The translations under genes and the position numbers were made by a program. The notes beneath the pieces were generated by a model. The model did not search any database. It worked only from the letters and a program-made list of their open reading frames with translations, and was not told the DNA's origin. This document shows positions 18,343-27,815 of a DNA stretch of 64,000 bases, in pieces. Position 1 is the stretch's first letter. Every line of letters begins with the position of its first letter. The DNA is from an uncultured Syntrophomonadaceae bacterium (GTDB lineage Bacteria > Bacillota > Dethiobacteria > DTU022). The stretch covers positions 48,819 to 112,818 of the forward strand of contig CAYXQO010000003.1 in the NCBI GenBank assembly GCA_964467475.1, in the 5' to 3' direction.

Positions 18343-19464
18343 ATGCGACTAGTACCCGTTTGGGCTTTGCGGCCCGGGATGACGGTAGCTAAAAAAGTTT
18401 CCAGTGGTGAGGGAGCAGCTCTTCTCAATGCCGGGGTAAAACTGGAAATGGAATATATTCAACAGCTTAAGAAGCTTAATATTCGTGGAGTTTACGTTCA
18501 TGACAACTTGATACCGGATATTGAGGTTGAAGATGTGATCCTTGATGAGACCAGGGAAAAGGCGGTAAGCCTGGTTAAGGATACTTTGACCGGAATAAAA
18601 GGCCAGAGCGATAAAAAATACACCCAGTTTATTTCTGTAAAAAAAGAATTGTCCAACCTTCTCGATGATATAGTTGGCCAGCTTCTCAGTAATAAAAATC
18701 TCACAGTTAACTTATCCGATATCAGGTATACTGACAATTACACATTTTCACATTCAGTTAATGTTGCAGTTTTGGCTATTATGACCGGGATATCGCTGGG
18801 GATGGGCAAATCTGCCTTGAAGAATATGGGGCTTGGTGCTTTTCTCCATGACCTGGGGAAAGTGGTCGTCCCCTTAAAGATATTAAACAAACCTGATCGT
18901 TTGGGTGAAGATGAGCGTCTGGAAATTGAAAGGCATCCGGCTTACGGCTTTGACCTGATCAAAAGCCGCCAGTTGTTTAACGGCCCTACACTGTCAATTG
19001 TTTACAAACATCACGAGAGAATTGATGGCAGTGGTTATCCGCAGGGTTTGTATGGAGACAAAATTGAATTATACCCCAAAGTGTGTGCTGTTGCGGATGT
19101 TTATGATGCCCTGGTATCGGATCGTCCTTATCGGCCCGGCTTTATGCCTCACAAAGCGATGGAAATAATGGATCAAGAATGTTCAGGATATGATCTTGAT
19201 ATCATGCAAACTTTTTACCACCACATTCCCGCTTACCCGGTGGGAACTATAGTGGGCTTAACTAACGGCTTTGTCGGTGTGGTGGTACACAATACCCATG
19301 GGTATCCATACCGGCCCAAAGTCAGGGTGATTTCTGACAGGGAAGATTATATGCCCCTGGATAGCTTTGAAGTAGATCTCCTGGAAAAACTTGATGTGGC
19401 TGTGGACCGGGTTTACCTGGATGATGAACTGCCGCAGCAATTATTAAACCGGGGTATATCTTGA
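18343..19464 (+). CDS. HD-GYP domain c-di-GMP phosphodiesterase
   Basis: HSVNVA...FLHDLGK...HHERIDGSGYP motifs. ATG 18343 follows a TAGGTG RBS. Confidence 0.85.
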   Translation: MRLVPVWALRPGMTVAKKVSSGEGAALLNAGVKLEMEYIQQLKKLNIRGVYVHDNLIPDIEVEDVILDETREKAVSLVKDTLTGIKGQSDKKYTQFISVKKELSNLLDDIVGQLLSNKNLTVNLSDIRYTDNYTFSHSVNVAVLAIMTGISLGMGKSALKNMGLGAFLHDLGKVVVPLKILNKPDRLGEDERLEIERHPAYGFDLIKSRQLFNGPTLSIVYKHHERIDGSGYPQGLYGDKIELYPKVCAVADVYDALVSDRPYRPGFMPHKAMEIMDQECSGYDLDIMQTFYHHIPAYPVGTIVGLTNGFVGVVVHNTHGYPYRPKVRVISDREDYMPLDSFEVDLLEKLDVAVDRVYLDDELPQQLLNRGIS

Positions 19465-19497
19465 TCATCCAAAGTCATAGAACGGGGAGAAGCTGTT

Positions 19498-19758
19498 ATG
19501 GAACTGAAAAATCTTATGGAACAAGTTGTTTCGCAGACGATTGATGATGTGAGGAAATATCATGAATTTTGCACTTGTCCGCAGTGTCGCCTGGATGTTA
19601 GTGCAATCGCTTTAAACAAAGTTCCACCTCGCTACGTGGTTTCCAGCAAGGGTGAAAGTTACGGGAGAGCTGAACTATTGGCCATGCAGGAGGATCTGGA
19701 TGTTCTGGGTGTCGTCCTTGAGGCAGTTAAATTAGTGCAAAAAAACCCACGGCATTGA
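19498..19758 (+). CDS. ComFB-family small protein (4-Cys)
   Basis: CTCPQC...C spacing and an overall ~86 aa length match ComFB. Confidence 0.65.
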   Translation: MELKNLMEQVVSQTIDDVRKYHEFCTCPQCRLDVSAIALNKVPPRYVVSSKGESYGRAELLAMQEDLDVLGVVLEAVKLVQKNPRH

Positions 19759-19836
19759 TCATCGATAATTTTATGTATTTCACGGAAAAGTGCTACTCTA
19801 GGACCCCAAAAAATACCGAAGTGAGGGTTTGTTCAC

Positions 19837-21645
19837 ATGGGACAACATGAAGAAAACAACAATAATGCTGAGAAAATCCTGCTTGCCGTGGAAAACGGCC
19901 GGGTTAAAATTAGCGATACTTCCGGTGAAGGTGTCAAGGGAGCGCTCATTCGACCGGGACAAGGGATTTCTGTAAAAGTAAATAACCAGGAGATAACTGG
20001 GAGTCAGGAAGTTTATCCCGGAGACAAGGTTGAAATCACGCCTCTTGAAGAAACCGAACCGGACCGGGTTGAAGTTAAAGTCAGCGCCGATGGAATGAAG
20101 GCGCATGCCCGGTATCTGCCCGGCATTCGGCGTTACTATGTTATACCTGATCACCCATACACGGACGACCTCACAGTTGAAGGTGAACCTAAAGAAGAAC
20201 CTCTAAAAAACCTCACTCCTGAGCAAATCCTTGAAACGATAAAAGAAAATGGGGTTAATTTCGGTATCGATGAATCATTATTACCGGTTTTGCTTGAGGA
20301 AAGTGAAACCTGGCAAACTGTGGCCTCCGGAAAACCGGTTGTACAGGGAAAAAACGGCTGGGTTGAGCCGCTGTTTGAAGGAGCGGTAAAGGCTGTTTCC
20401 TATGATGATGAAGCAAACCGGGTTGATCTCCGCAGAAGGTTTGAAATTGAGGAGGTTAACAAGGATGATGTTATTGCCAATATACACCCTCCTGTTCCAG
20501 GCGAAGCCGGAAAAAGGGTAACCGGGGAGGATATTCAACCCGATCCGGTTTTCCCGGTGGAGATAAAATGTGATCACGGGACTGCCCTTAGCCAGGATCA
20601 AACAAAGGTGATAGCTACCTGTACCGGAGCCCCTAGCTATAAAAAAGGGCGCACCCCTAAATTCAGGGTCGATGATTTGTACACCCACAAAGGCGACGTT
20701 GATATTAAAAGTGGAAATATTGATTTCCGCGGTCATTTAAAAGTCCAGGGGGGCATAAACGAGGGAATGAAGGTTTCCGCCGACGGTAATTTGGAAGTAG
20801 AAAAAAATGCTTCCGGAGCGGAAGTGTTGGCCGGCGGCAGCATCATTCTTAAAGGAAACTGTATTAAATGCAAAGTTCGGGCCGGCTGGGTAGAAATGGT
20901 AGTTTCCGAAATATATGAAACCCTGGATAAAATGAATGATAGTGTAACCAGCGCCCTGGCTGCTTCAGAAGAAGTTGCCAAGGCCCTGGAAAAGAAAGGC
21001 AAACATACTGAAAAAATGGAGGCGGCGGTAGTCCGCTCACTTTTGCAAAGTAAATTTGCAGAACTCCCTGAGTATGCCAATTCCCTTATGAAGACGGTAA
21101 AAGCTGCCGGAAGGTCAATCCCAGGGAGCCTGGCTCAGTTAATCAATGATATTGCGCCGTATTTTACCGATTACCAGTACAGTCAAACTTTAGGGCGTCC
21201 TGTGTTGCAGGAAATACATGATAAACTCCAGCAATTAAAAAATGATAGTTCAGATGAGAAGTCAGTACGAGCTGATATTACCGTCCCTTATGTCCAGAAC
21301 AGCGAGCTTACCGCTACCGGCAATATAATTATTAACGGTCCCGGTGTATATAATTCTCAAATAAAGTGCAAAGATGAAGTGAGGGTTTCCCGGCTGTTTA
21401 GAGGAGGAACCATTGAGGCAGGTGGCGATGTCTACATAGGCGAAGCCGGATCGCCGCGGGTTAGCTCTGAACAGGGGCGGATCCAGGTTCCTTATAAGAG
21501 CAAAGTACATCTGGGCAATATCTATGAAAATGTGAAAATAAAATTTGGCAATATCGAATTCCGCACTGAAAAACCCTTAAGTAGCGTCCGCCTTGTCCTC
21601 GACCAGGAAGAATTTGAAGTAAAAATCCTTCCCTGGGAAAAATAA
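19837..21645 (+). CDS. FapA-family (DUF342) protein
   Basis: About 600 aa with C-terminal beta-helix-like repeats (GNLEVEKNASGAEVLAGGSIILKGN...). This family is typical of chemotaxis/flagellar neighbourhoods. Confidence 0.65.
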   Translation: MGQHEENNNNAEKILLAVENGRVKISDTSGEGVKGALIRPGQGISVKVNNQEITGSQEVYPGDKVEITPLEETEPDRVEVKVSADGMKAHARYLPGIRRYYVIPDHPYTDDLTVEGEPKEEPLKNLTPEQILETIKENGVNFGIDESLLPVLLEESETWQTVASGKPVVQGKNGWVEPLFEGAVKAVSYDDEANRVDLRRRFEIEEVNKDDVIANIHPPVPGEAGKRVTGEDIQPDPVFPVEIKCDHGTALSQDQTKVIATCTGAPSYKKGRTPKFRVDDLYTHKGDVDIKSGNIDFRGHLKVQGGINEGMKVSADGNLEVEKNASGAEVLAGGSIILKGNCIKCKVRAGWVEMVVSEIYETLDKMNDSVTSALAASEEVAKALEKKGKHTEKMEAAVVRSLLQSKFAELPEYANSLMKTVKAAGRSIPGSLAQLINDIAPYFTDYQYSQTLGRPVLQEIHDKLQQLKNDSSDEKSVRADITVPYVQNSELTATGNIIINGPGVYNSQIKCKDEVRVSRLFRGGTIEAGGDVYIGEAGSPRVSSEQGRIQVPYKSKVHLGNIYENVKIKFGNIEFRTEKPLSSVRLVLDQEEFEVKILPWEK

Positions 21646-21777
21646 TTACACCTTTACTTAATTACCCCTTAAATATTTTTCCAACCTGACGATTATTGAA
21701 TATGAAAGACTTAGTATCTGGTTAGAGGTAGAAAATTTACGCTGGATCCAAGTTCTTATGGAAAGAAGGGATCGAAG

Positions 21778-22065
21778 ATGAGAATAAGTTCAAACTATCT
21801 TCAATTGATTAACCGTATACTTACAGATCAACCGGGTAAATCATCGGGTGATTCTCAAAAGGCCAAGCCGAAAGGGGAAGACAGCAAAGAACTATCAAAG
21901 CTGCTTACCGGCTTGCAGGAGGAGATGGACCGACTCGAAGAGGAATCCCGCCCTGAGAAAGCGGCCCAGCTGAAAAGTCTTGCCGAAAAAATTGAAAGCG
22001 GCGAGTATCATGTGGACAGCGAAAAATTGGCCGAAGCGATGCTTAAATTCATGGGGAAAATTTAG
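21778..22065 (+). CDS. flgM: Anti-sigma-28 factor FlgM
   Basis: C-terminal KIESGEYHVDSEKLAEAMLKF is the FlgM signature. Confidence 0.8.
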   Translation: MRISSNYLQLINRILTDQPGKSSGDSQKAKPKGEDSKELSKLLTGLQEEMDRLEEESRPEKAAQLKSLAEKIESGEYHVDSEKLAEAMLKFMGKI

Positions 22066-22086
22066 AACTTGAAGGGAATGCTTAAC

Positions 22087-22572
22087 ATGGCAGTACCTGT
22101 ATACCGGGAAAAAGCGGTACAGCTGGATAATGTTTTAACCGAAGGAACCAAATTATACAAAAGTTTACTTAATATGGAAGAAAAGCTGCGCAAACAGTTG
22201 ATGAAAGGTGATTATAATGCGCTTTTGGAAGATGAGGAGAAGCGGAAACTGCTCCAGCAAGAGATTGCCTGCCTCGAGGACAAGCGCAAAAGCCTGGTTC
22301 CCGGGGAAAGAAGCATCAGGGAATATATCAAAACCAGGATTGCAAAAACCAGCCAACCTGCTTTACTGGAAAAGTTAGATGAAATCAAAGACATCTTGCA
22401 GAAAACAAAAGCTGTGCATGAAGTAAATCGCGCTCTGTTAGAAGAGCGGATCCGATTTTCGAAAGAACTCCAGGATTTGGTCCTGAATACTAAAATCGCA
22501 CATTACGACCAGAAGGGCCGGCTTCAAAGGTCGGGGCCGGGGGCTGCCGGTAGTCTTAACCGCAGCTGTTGA
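22087..22572 (+). CDS. flgN: Flagellar export chaperone FlgN
   Basis: Positioned between flgM and flgK. Helical FlgN-like sequence. ATG 22087 follows a GAAGGGA RBS. Confidence 0.65.
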   Translation: MAVPVYREKAVQLDNVLTEGTKLYKSLLNMEEKLRKQLMKGDYNALLEDEEKRKLLQQEIACLEDKRKSLVPGERSIREYIKTRIAKTSQPALLEKLDEIKDILQKTKAVHEVNRALLEERIRFSKELQDLVLNTKIAHYDQKGRLQRSGPGAAGSLNRSC

Positions 22573-22602
22573 TAAGGTTTAAAAGCAAAGGAGAATAAGG
22601 CA

Positions 22603-24000
22603 ATGACTATATTTGGTTCATTTGAGATTGGCCGCAAAGCTTTAAGGGCACAGCACAAAGGAATGGAAGTCAGTGGCCAAAACGTGGCCAATGCCAACAC
22701 TCCCGGATATAGCCGGCAGAGGGCTAACCTGGAATCGGTTGCCTCACCCATAGTGGCTGATACAGACATGGCACCCGGTAACGGGGTAAGGGTCTCAAAG
22801 GTTGAAAGAATGCACAGTGAATTTTACCACTCGCAGATGATTAATACCGGCTCCCACGAGGCTTACTGGGAAACACGCCGCGAAACTTACCTGACTACAG
22901 AATCGATTATGATGGAACCGGATGAATACGGGATCAACAAGTATTTAAATGATTTTTTTGATGCCTGGCAGGAATTAAGTTCTTCCCCCGAAGAAGCTGC
23001 CGTGCGTTCCGGTTTGCGTGAAAAGTCAATCAGCCTTACTCATACGGTTGAAGATGTTTATATGCGCCTTGAAGATACACGCCTTGACAAGCAGGAAGAG
23101 TTGGAAATGCGGGTTAACGAAGCAAACCGGTTAGCCGATGAGATCGGTGAATTGAATGACAAATTGCGTTTTGTCGATGCCCTCCAGCAAGATTCCAACG
23201 AACTGCTTGACAAACTGGATCTGGCTATCGAAGATTTATCCGAACTGCTCGATATCCAGGTGCACCGCAAAGGCAGCGGCACGGTTGATATATTTGCAGG
23301 TGGTCAGTTAATAGTCCAGGAAGACCAGGCGCTCCATCTGGATTTAAAAACTGTTGATGAGAGCGAAGGCTTGCAGGTAGTAAGCCACCGGGGCCGGCCT
23401 CTTAATTTGACCTCCGGTCGCATTGTCGCGCTAAGCGATGCAGTGAATAAAGATATTCCCCATGTCCAGGACGAGCTTGATAAAGTTGTGGGGACCCTTA
23501 TAGAAGAGGTTAATGAACTGCATAGTGAAGGCTACGGTTTGGACCAGGAGGAGAGCGGAAACAACTTTTTCGAAGATGTTGAGGAAGGATCTTCGGCGGC
23601 CATGAATTTTCAGGTCGCGGAACCGATCATCGAAGATTCTTCAAATATCGCTGCTTCCAGTGAACCTAATGAACCCGGCAACGGGGAAAACTCTCTTGAA
23701 ATAGCTCGCCTGAGGGATAAAAGGGGCGATGAACGTTTAGATGGAGTTACCCTGGTGGAATATTACCGGGGCCTGGTAACCTCAATTGGTGTTGAGGCCC
23801 AGGAGTGTGAGCGGATGGTCGAAGCATTTAATAGTACCAAGAAGGAATTCCAGGAGATGCATAACTCGGTGGCCGGTGTCAATATGGACGAAGAAGTGTT
23901 GAATATGACCCAGTACCAGCATGCCTGGCAGGCCGCTGCGCGTTATTTGAATCACGTAGATGAAATGCTTACCGTGCTCTTTACCGAGCTGGGACGTTAG
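22603..24000 (+). CDS. flgK: Flagellar hook-associated protein 1 FlgK
   Basis: N-terminal GMEVSGQNVANANTPGYSRQ and a conserved C-terminus. Confidence 0.9.
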   Translation: MTIFGSFEIGRKALRAQHKGMEVSGQNVANANTPGYSRQRANLESVASPIVADTDMAPGNGVRVSKVERMHSEFYHSQMINTGSHEAYWETRRETYLTTESIMMEPDEYGINKYLNDFFDAWQELSSSPEEAAVRSGLREKSISLTHTVEDVYMRLEDTRLDKQEELEMRVNEANRLADEIGELNDKLRFVDALQQDSNELLDKLDLAIEDLSELLDIQVHRKGSGTVDIFAGGQLIVQEDQALHLDLKTVDESEGLQVVSHRGRPLNLTSGRIVALSDAVNKDIPHVQDELDKVVGTLIEEVNELHSEGYGLDQEESGNNFFEDVEEGSSAAMNFQVAEPIIEDSSNIAASSEPNEPGNGENSLEIARLRDKRGDERLDGVTLVEYYRGLVTSIGVEAQECERMVEAFNSTKKEFQEMHNSVAGVNMDEEVLNMTQYQHAWQAAARYLNHVDEMLTVLFTELGR

Positions 24001-24011
24001 GAGGTCCGGTT

Positions 24012-25982
24012 ATGCGAATAACTCATAGCATGGTTGCTCACAACATAAATCGTAATCTTCAAAACAACCTCAGCAGGCTTGAAGATTACGGGCACCAGTT
24101 GTCGACGGGCAAAAAATTTACCCGGCCTTCCCAGGAACCGGTCGGCGTGGGCAGAGTAATGAGTTACAGCGCTTCAATCGATCGAAACGAGCAATTTAGG
24201 CTCAACATGAACCAGTCCAGGAGCTGGCTGGAGAATACCGAGGGAGGCCTGCAAAATGGGTTGGACGTACTGCAGCGGATCCGGGAGTTGTGTATTCACG
24301 GGGCCAATGACAGCCTGACCGCGGAAGATCGCCGGGCCATGGCCCCGGAAGTAATTGAGTTTATCGAGCATCTGATCGGGGTAGCCAATAAAGAATCGAA
24401 CGGTTTATACACCTTTGGCGGCCACCAGACTTTTGATCCCCCCTATCTCAGGGAAAACACTTATCACGTTAGTGTAAGTGAAGACAGCGGGATCCTTTTT
24501 GGGGAGGTAAACGAAGACGAAGTTTATGATGTGGTTGCCGAAGGGTTGCAGAACGGTGATTACCGCCTCGAGCAAAGCAGAGAAGAGATGGAGGAAAATC
24601 AAGCTGCCGCTGTCAGCATAAACCAGCAATTCCTGCAGGGCAGCGCCGTCAATATTATCGGTGATGAAGATTTTGACAGTACTGCAGGGGTAATTGAAAG
24701 CGGGATCATGGTTGACACAGAGCTGCAGGAAGGATCGGAGCTGGCAATAGATGATGAAGATGGTTTTGTTACGACTGATGATGATTTTGAGGGAGACTTT
24801 GCTTTGCAGCTTACTTATGACGAGGAAGATGGACAATGGAATTATGTTGAAAGCGTCAGCGGTGAGACCGGTACAGTAAATATAGATAATGACAATGGAA
24901 CCCTCGAACCTGATGATAACGAAGATCCTTCCTTTTTGGGCGGTGACTTTACTTTAGATACGTCTCAGCTCGAAAATGCCGAAGACGGCGATACTGTCAC
25001 CGTCGCTTCCGGCTTCAGCGCTTCGGTGGAGTTAGAGGTAAACTCTATCGACGAAGCAACCGGTGAGGTCAAGTATACCTATACCTCTCACCAGTATGCC
25101 CTGGATGGAACCTATGCCAAAAAAGAGGGCACATTCGAGGTTACTTATGGTGAAGACGGGGAAGCAACCCAACCTGTTGAAATTGGAGAGATCCAACTGG
25201 ATCTGGCAGGATTAGATGAACTCGAGGCTGCCGATGCCGGGGATTTGCAGGTGGGTGACAAAGCAATCCTAAACTTCACCCCTGCCCGCGAGGAAAACTT
25301 AACCTATGATCAAATCAAGCTCAGCGGAGATTACCGGGGCGATAATACTGAAACGAATTACTTCTTTGCCGAAGGTGCCCTGGATGAAAAAAGCATTGAT
25401 CTGCACCAGCAAAGCCTCGATACTTTCAGCCGTTCACCGGAGCTGGGCGAAAGCTACGATGGCAAGCTAAGCCTTACCTACGGTGATGAATTCGAAGATA
25501 CCGGTGACGAGGCCGCTTTAACTTTTTCATACGACGCTGAAGGCTTTCCGGTTTATTACGGTGACGACAAAGAACGCAGCCAGGATATCAGCCCGCATCA
25601 GCAGGTGATTATGAACTTAAGCGGCAAAAAAGTTTTTGGTGAAAACGAGGAAGTGTTTGAGGCTGTGTTTGAAGTTTACAATGCCTTGATGGATAACGAC
25701 CGGGAAGCTTTGGGGGGCGAAGCTCTGGATAAGATGGACCGATCCGTGGATCATTTCTTGGAACAGTTAGCCCAGGTGGGAGCCCGTTCTAACCGGGTGG
25801 AAGCAATGTATGACACGCTTTTCAGCGAAAATATTTCTCTGCGTGAGGTTCGTTCTGAAATAGAAGATATTGATCTGGCCTATGCGATTACCGAATTTAC
25901 CATGCAGGAGAATGCTTACCACGCTGCGCTTTCAACAAGCCAGAAAATGCTTCAGCCCACCCTGGTAGATTACATGCGCTAA
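24012..25982 (+). CDS. flgL: Flagellar hook-associated protein 3 FlgL, with a large acidic central insertion
   Basis: N-terminal MRITHSMVAHNINRNLQNNLSRLE..LSTGKKFTRPSQEP matches FlgL. Length is 656 aa. Confidence 0.85.
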   Translation: MRITHSMVAHNINRNLQNNLSRLEDYGHQLSTGKKFTRPSQEPVGVGRVMSYSASIDRNEQFRLNMNQSRSWLENTEGGLQNGLDVLQRIRELCIHGANDSLTAEDRRAMAPEVIEFIEHLIGVANKESNGLYTFGGHQTFDPPYLRENTYHVSVSEDSGILFGEVNEDEVYDVVAEGLQNGDYRLEQSREEMEENQAAAVSINQQFLQGSAVNIIGDEDFDSTAGVIESGIMVDTELQEGSELAIDDEDGFVTTDDDFEGDFALQLTYDEEDGQWNYVESVSGETGTVNIDNDNGTLEPDDNEDPSFLGGDFTLDTSQLENAEDGDTVTVASGFSASVELEVNSIDEATGEVKYTYTSHQYALDGTYAKKEGTFEVTYGEDGEATQPVEIGEIQLDLAGLDELEAADAGDLQVGDKAILNFTPAREENLTYDQIKLSGDYRGDNTETNYFFAEGALDEKSIDLHQQSLDTFSRSPELGESYDGKLSLTYGDEFEDTGDEAALTFSYDAEGFPVYYGDDKERSQDISPHQQVIMNLSGKKVFGENEEVFEAVFEVYNALMDNDREALGGEALDKMDRSVDHFLEQLAQVGARSNRVEAMYDTLFSENISLREVRSEIEDIDLAYAITEFTMQENAYHAALSTSQKMLQPTLVDYMR

Positions 25983-26009
25983 TTGTGTGTTAGAACAGGA
26001 GGTTTAATT

Positions 26010-26441
26010 ATGACAATTGAACAGACCGCCGTAGATGCAAGCCAACGCAAGCTGGTAGAGTTTATTTTCCCCCGAGGCATCCCCGGGTTGGAACTGTACC
26101 GCCGCTTTTTAATAGAACCGATTCCCGGTAACAGGCTTTTTGCCATGCTGGTTGCGGCAGATGATCCTTCAATCGGGATGATCCTGGTTGATCCCCTGCC
26201 CTTTTTCCCCCGTTACAGTGTGGACCTGCAGAGAAACGACCGCCGCGATTTAATGCTCAAAAGAGATCGCGACCTGGTGATATTTACTACCGTTACCGTG
26301 GATGAAGCTATGCTCTATACCAACCTTGCCGCCCCGATCCTGGTCAATGTGGCCCAGAAACGCGGCAAGCAGCTTATCGTGCCCCATCGCTGCGACGATA
26401 TGCGGGTACCGCTTGATACAGTGGTAGGGCCGGAGAATTAA
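26010..26441 (+). CDS. fliW: Flagellar assembly factor FliW
   Basis: FPRGIPGLE...F.L.P...FA.L...DDPSIGMILVDP motifs. ATG 26010 follows a CAGGAGG RBS. Confidence 0.85.
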   Translation: MTIEQTAVDASQRKLVEFIFPRGIPGLELYRRFLIEPIPGNRLFAMLVAADDPSIGMILVDPLPFFPRYSVDLQRNDRRDLMLKRDRDLVIFTTVTVDEAMLYTNLAAPILVNVAQKRGKQLIVPHRCDDMRVPLDTVVGPEN

Positions 26442-26448
26442 AAGCGGG

Positions 26449-26886
26449 GTGAAAAAAATTAACCGGGCACAACATGGCAAGACGGCAAAAACAAGTAATC
26501 AGGATAAGGCTGGCGAAAGAGGTTTGACTCGCTCAGTGGATGTCCTTGAACGCTTAAGCGTTGCTCTAAAAGAAGAAACGGCAGCAATTAACAATTTTGA
26601 TGATGAAAAGCTAAAAGAACATGGAGATATAATCCAGGCATTATTTGATGAGCTAACAGACTCTATGCCTTCTGCAAAAGATCTTTCTATTGATGAATCA
26701 AAAAACCTTTACGGCTTATTAAAGGATGTCAAACAGCACCGGGAAAAAAACCGGCAGCTCTTAGAGAAGTTGGTGAAAAATGCCGGGGAAAAAATCAATA
26801 AGCTTTCTGTGGGCAGACAAACTTTGCAAGCCTATAAAGGATTAAAACCAGATAAAGAAGAATTGTTTGTTAAGAAAAAATGCTGA
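26449..26886 (+). CDS. Hypothetical helical protein, possibly a FlgN/FliT-like flagellar chaperone (occupies the usual csrA slot)
   Basis: No CsrA motifs. Helical and K/E-rich. The start codon is uncertain. Confidence 0.35.
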   Translation: MKKINRAQHGKTAKTSNQDKAGERGLTRSVDVLERLSVALKEETAAINNFDDEKLKEHGDIIQALFDELTDSMPSAKDLSIDESKNLYGLLKDVKQHREKNRQLLEKLVKNAGEKINKLSVGRQTLQAYKGLKPDKEELFVKKKC

Positions 26887-27140
26887 GTGATTTCAGTTTA
26901 TAAAAAACCTTTTTTACAGCTACAGATACTGCTGCTGCATGTTTCATTGTCACTACCCAAAGCCCCACTATAATGCTACTAAAACCTCTTACCAGGCTTC
27001 GGTGGATTTGCTAACAGTTAAATTCATAAAAGAAATATTACAAAAAAGAAGGAATTATTAGTCCGGCAGCGAATGTAGAAAAGTGGAGGGGGCTAATTAT
27101 TAACTTTTTATAATTAATTTAAACTTTTTTTGTTTTTTTA

Positions 27141-27170
27141 TTGACCGGACAGTTATCACTTTGCTATAAT
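27141..27170 (+). promoter_or_regulatory. Sigma-A promoter of the flgB operon (TTGACC, 18-nt spacer, TATAAT)
   Basis: Read directly at 27141..27146 and 27165..27170. Confidence 0.6.
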
Positions 27171-27215
27171 GTAAGTCCAATATTGAGAAAGAACTGGTAT
27201 TAGTAAACTAAAAGA

Positions 27216-27295
27216 CTGTTAAAGGCTAACCCATAGTGATATGGGGGCGCAAAACCGTGGATCCGTCCAGTGCCGGATTGCCAGGTTGCCAGTCT
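27216..27295 (+). ncRNA. Candidate c-di-GMP-I (GEMM) riboswitch aptamer in the flgB leader
   Basis: GGCUAACC, then hairpin CCCAUA-GUGA-UAUGGG (GNRA loop), then GGCGCAAAACC, then a P3 hairpin, then GGUUGCCAG. The architecture matches the element at 18018. Confidence 0.55.
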
Positions 27296-27349
27296 CTGAT
27301 AGAAATTAAACAAGGAATTCCCATAATAAGGGAAACCTTGATTATCAAA

Positions 27350-27390
27350 GAGAGGCAGCCATTTAACCGGCTTCCTCTCTTTTTTATTTT
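27350..27390 (+). terminator. Intrinsic terminator/attenuator immediately upstream of flgB
   Basis: GAGAGGCAGCC-ATTTAACC-GGCTTCCTCTC with one mismatch, followed by TTTTTTATTTT. Confidence 0.6.
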
Positions 27391-27408
27391 CTTAACGGGG
27401 GTGTAAAT

Positions 27409-27813
27409 GTGAAAATTTTTCGCGATGAAACTGCATCAGGGATTTTGAAAGGCATGGATGCGGCGAACCTGCGCCAGCAGGTAACCGCCAACAACCTGGC
27501 CAATCTCAATACGCCTGGTTTTCAACGCAGCGATGTTTCTTTCGAAAAACAGCTCCGGGAAGCCAGGGAAAACATTGATTCCCCGTTGGCCCGGACCGAC
27601 GAAAGGCATTTTCCCCGGGTGTCTCAGCAGGAGATAGAGCCTGAGGTAAAAAAAGATACCTCCACTGTTCGCCGTATAGATGGAAGTAATGTCGATTTAG
27701 AAAGGGAAATGCTTAACCTGGTTACCAACCAGCTTCGTTACAATACATATACCCAGCAGTTAAATACCCGTTTTGATAACTGGCGCTTTGTAATTAACGA
27801 AGGGAGGCGTTAA
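27409..27813 (+). CDS. flgB: Flagellar basal-body rod protein FlgB
   Basis: NLANLNTPGFQR motif. Confidence 0.9.
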   Translation: MKIFRDETASGILKGMDAANLRQQVTANNLANLNTPGFQRSDVSFEKQLREARENIDSPLARTDERHFPRVSQQEIEPEVKKDTSTVRRIDGSNVDLEREMLNLVTNQLRYNTYTQQLNTRFDNWRFVINEGRR

Positions 27814-27815
27814 GT

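Noticed and set aside
26476-26478. ATG considered as the start for the post-fliW ORF
   Set aside because: It is out of frame with the open reading frame, which reads ...AQHGKTAKT... across it.
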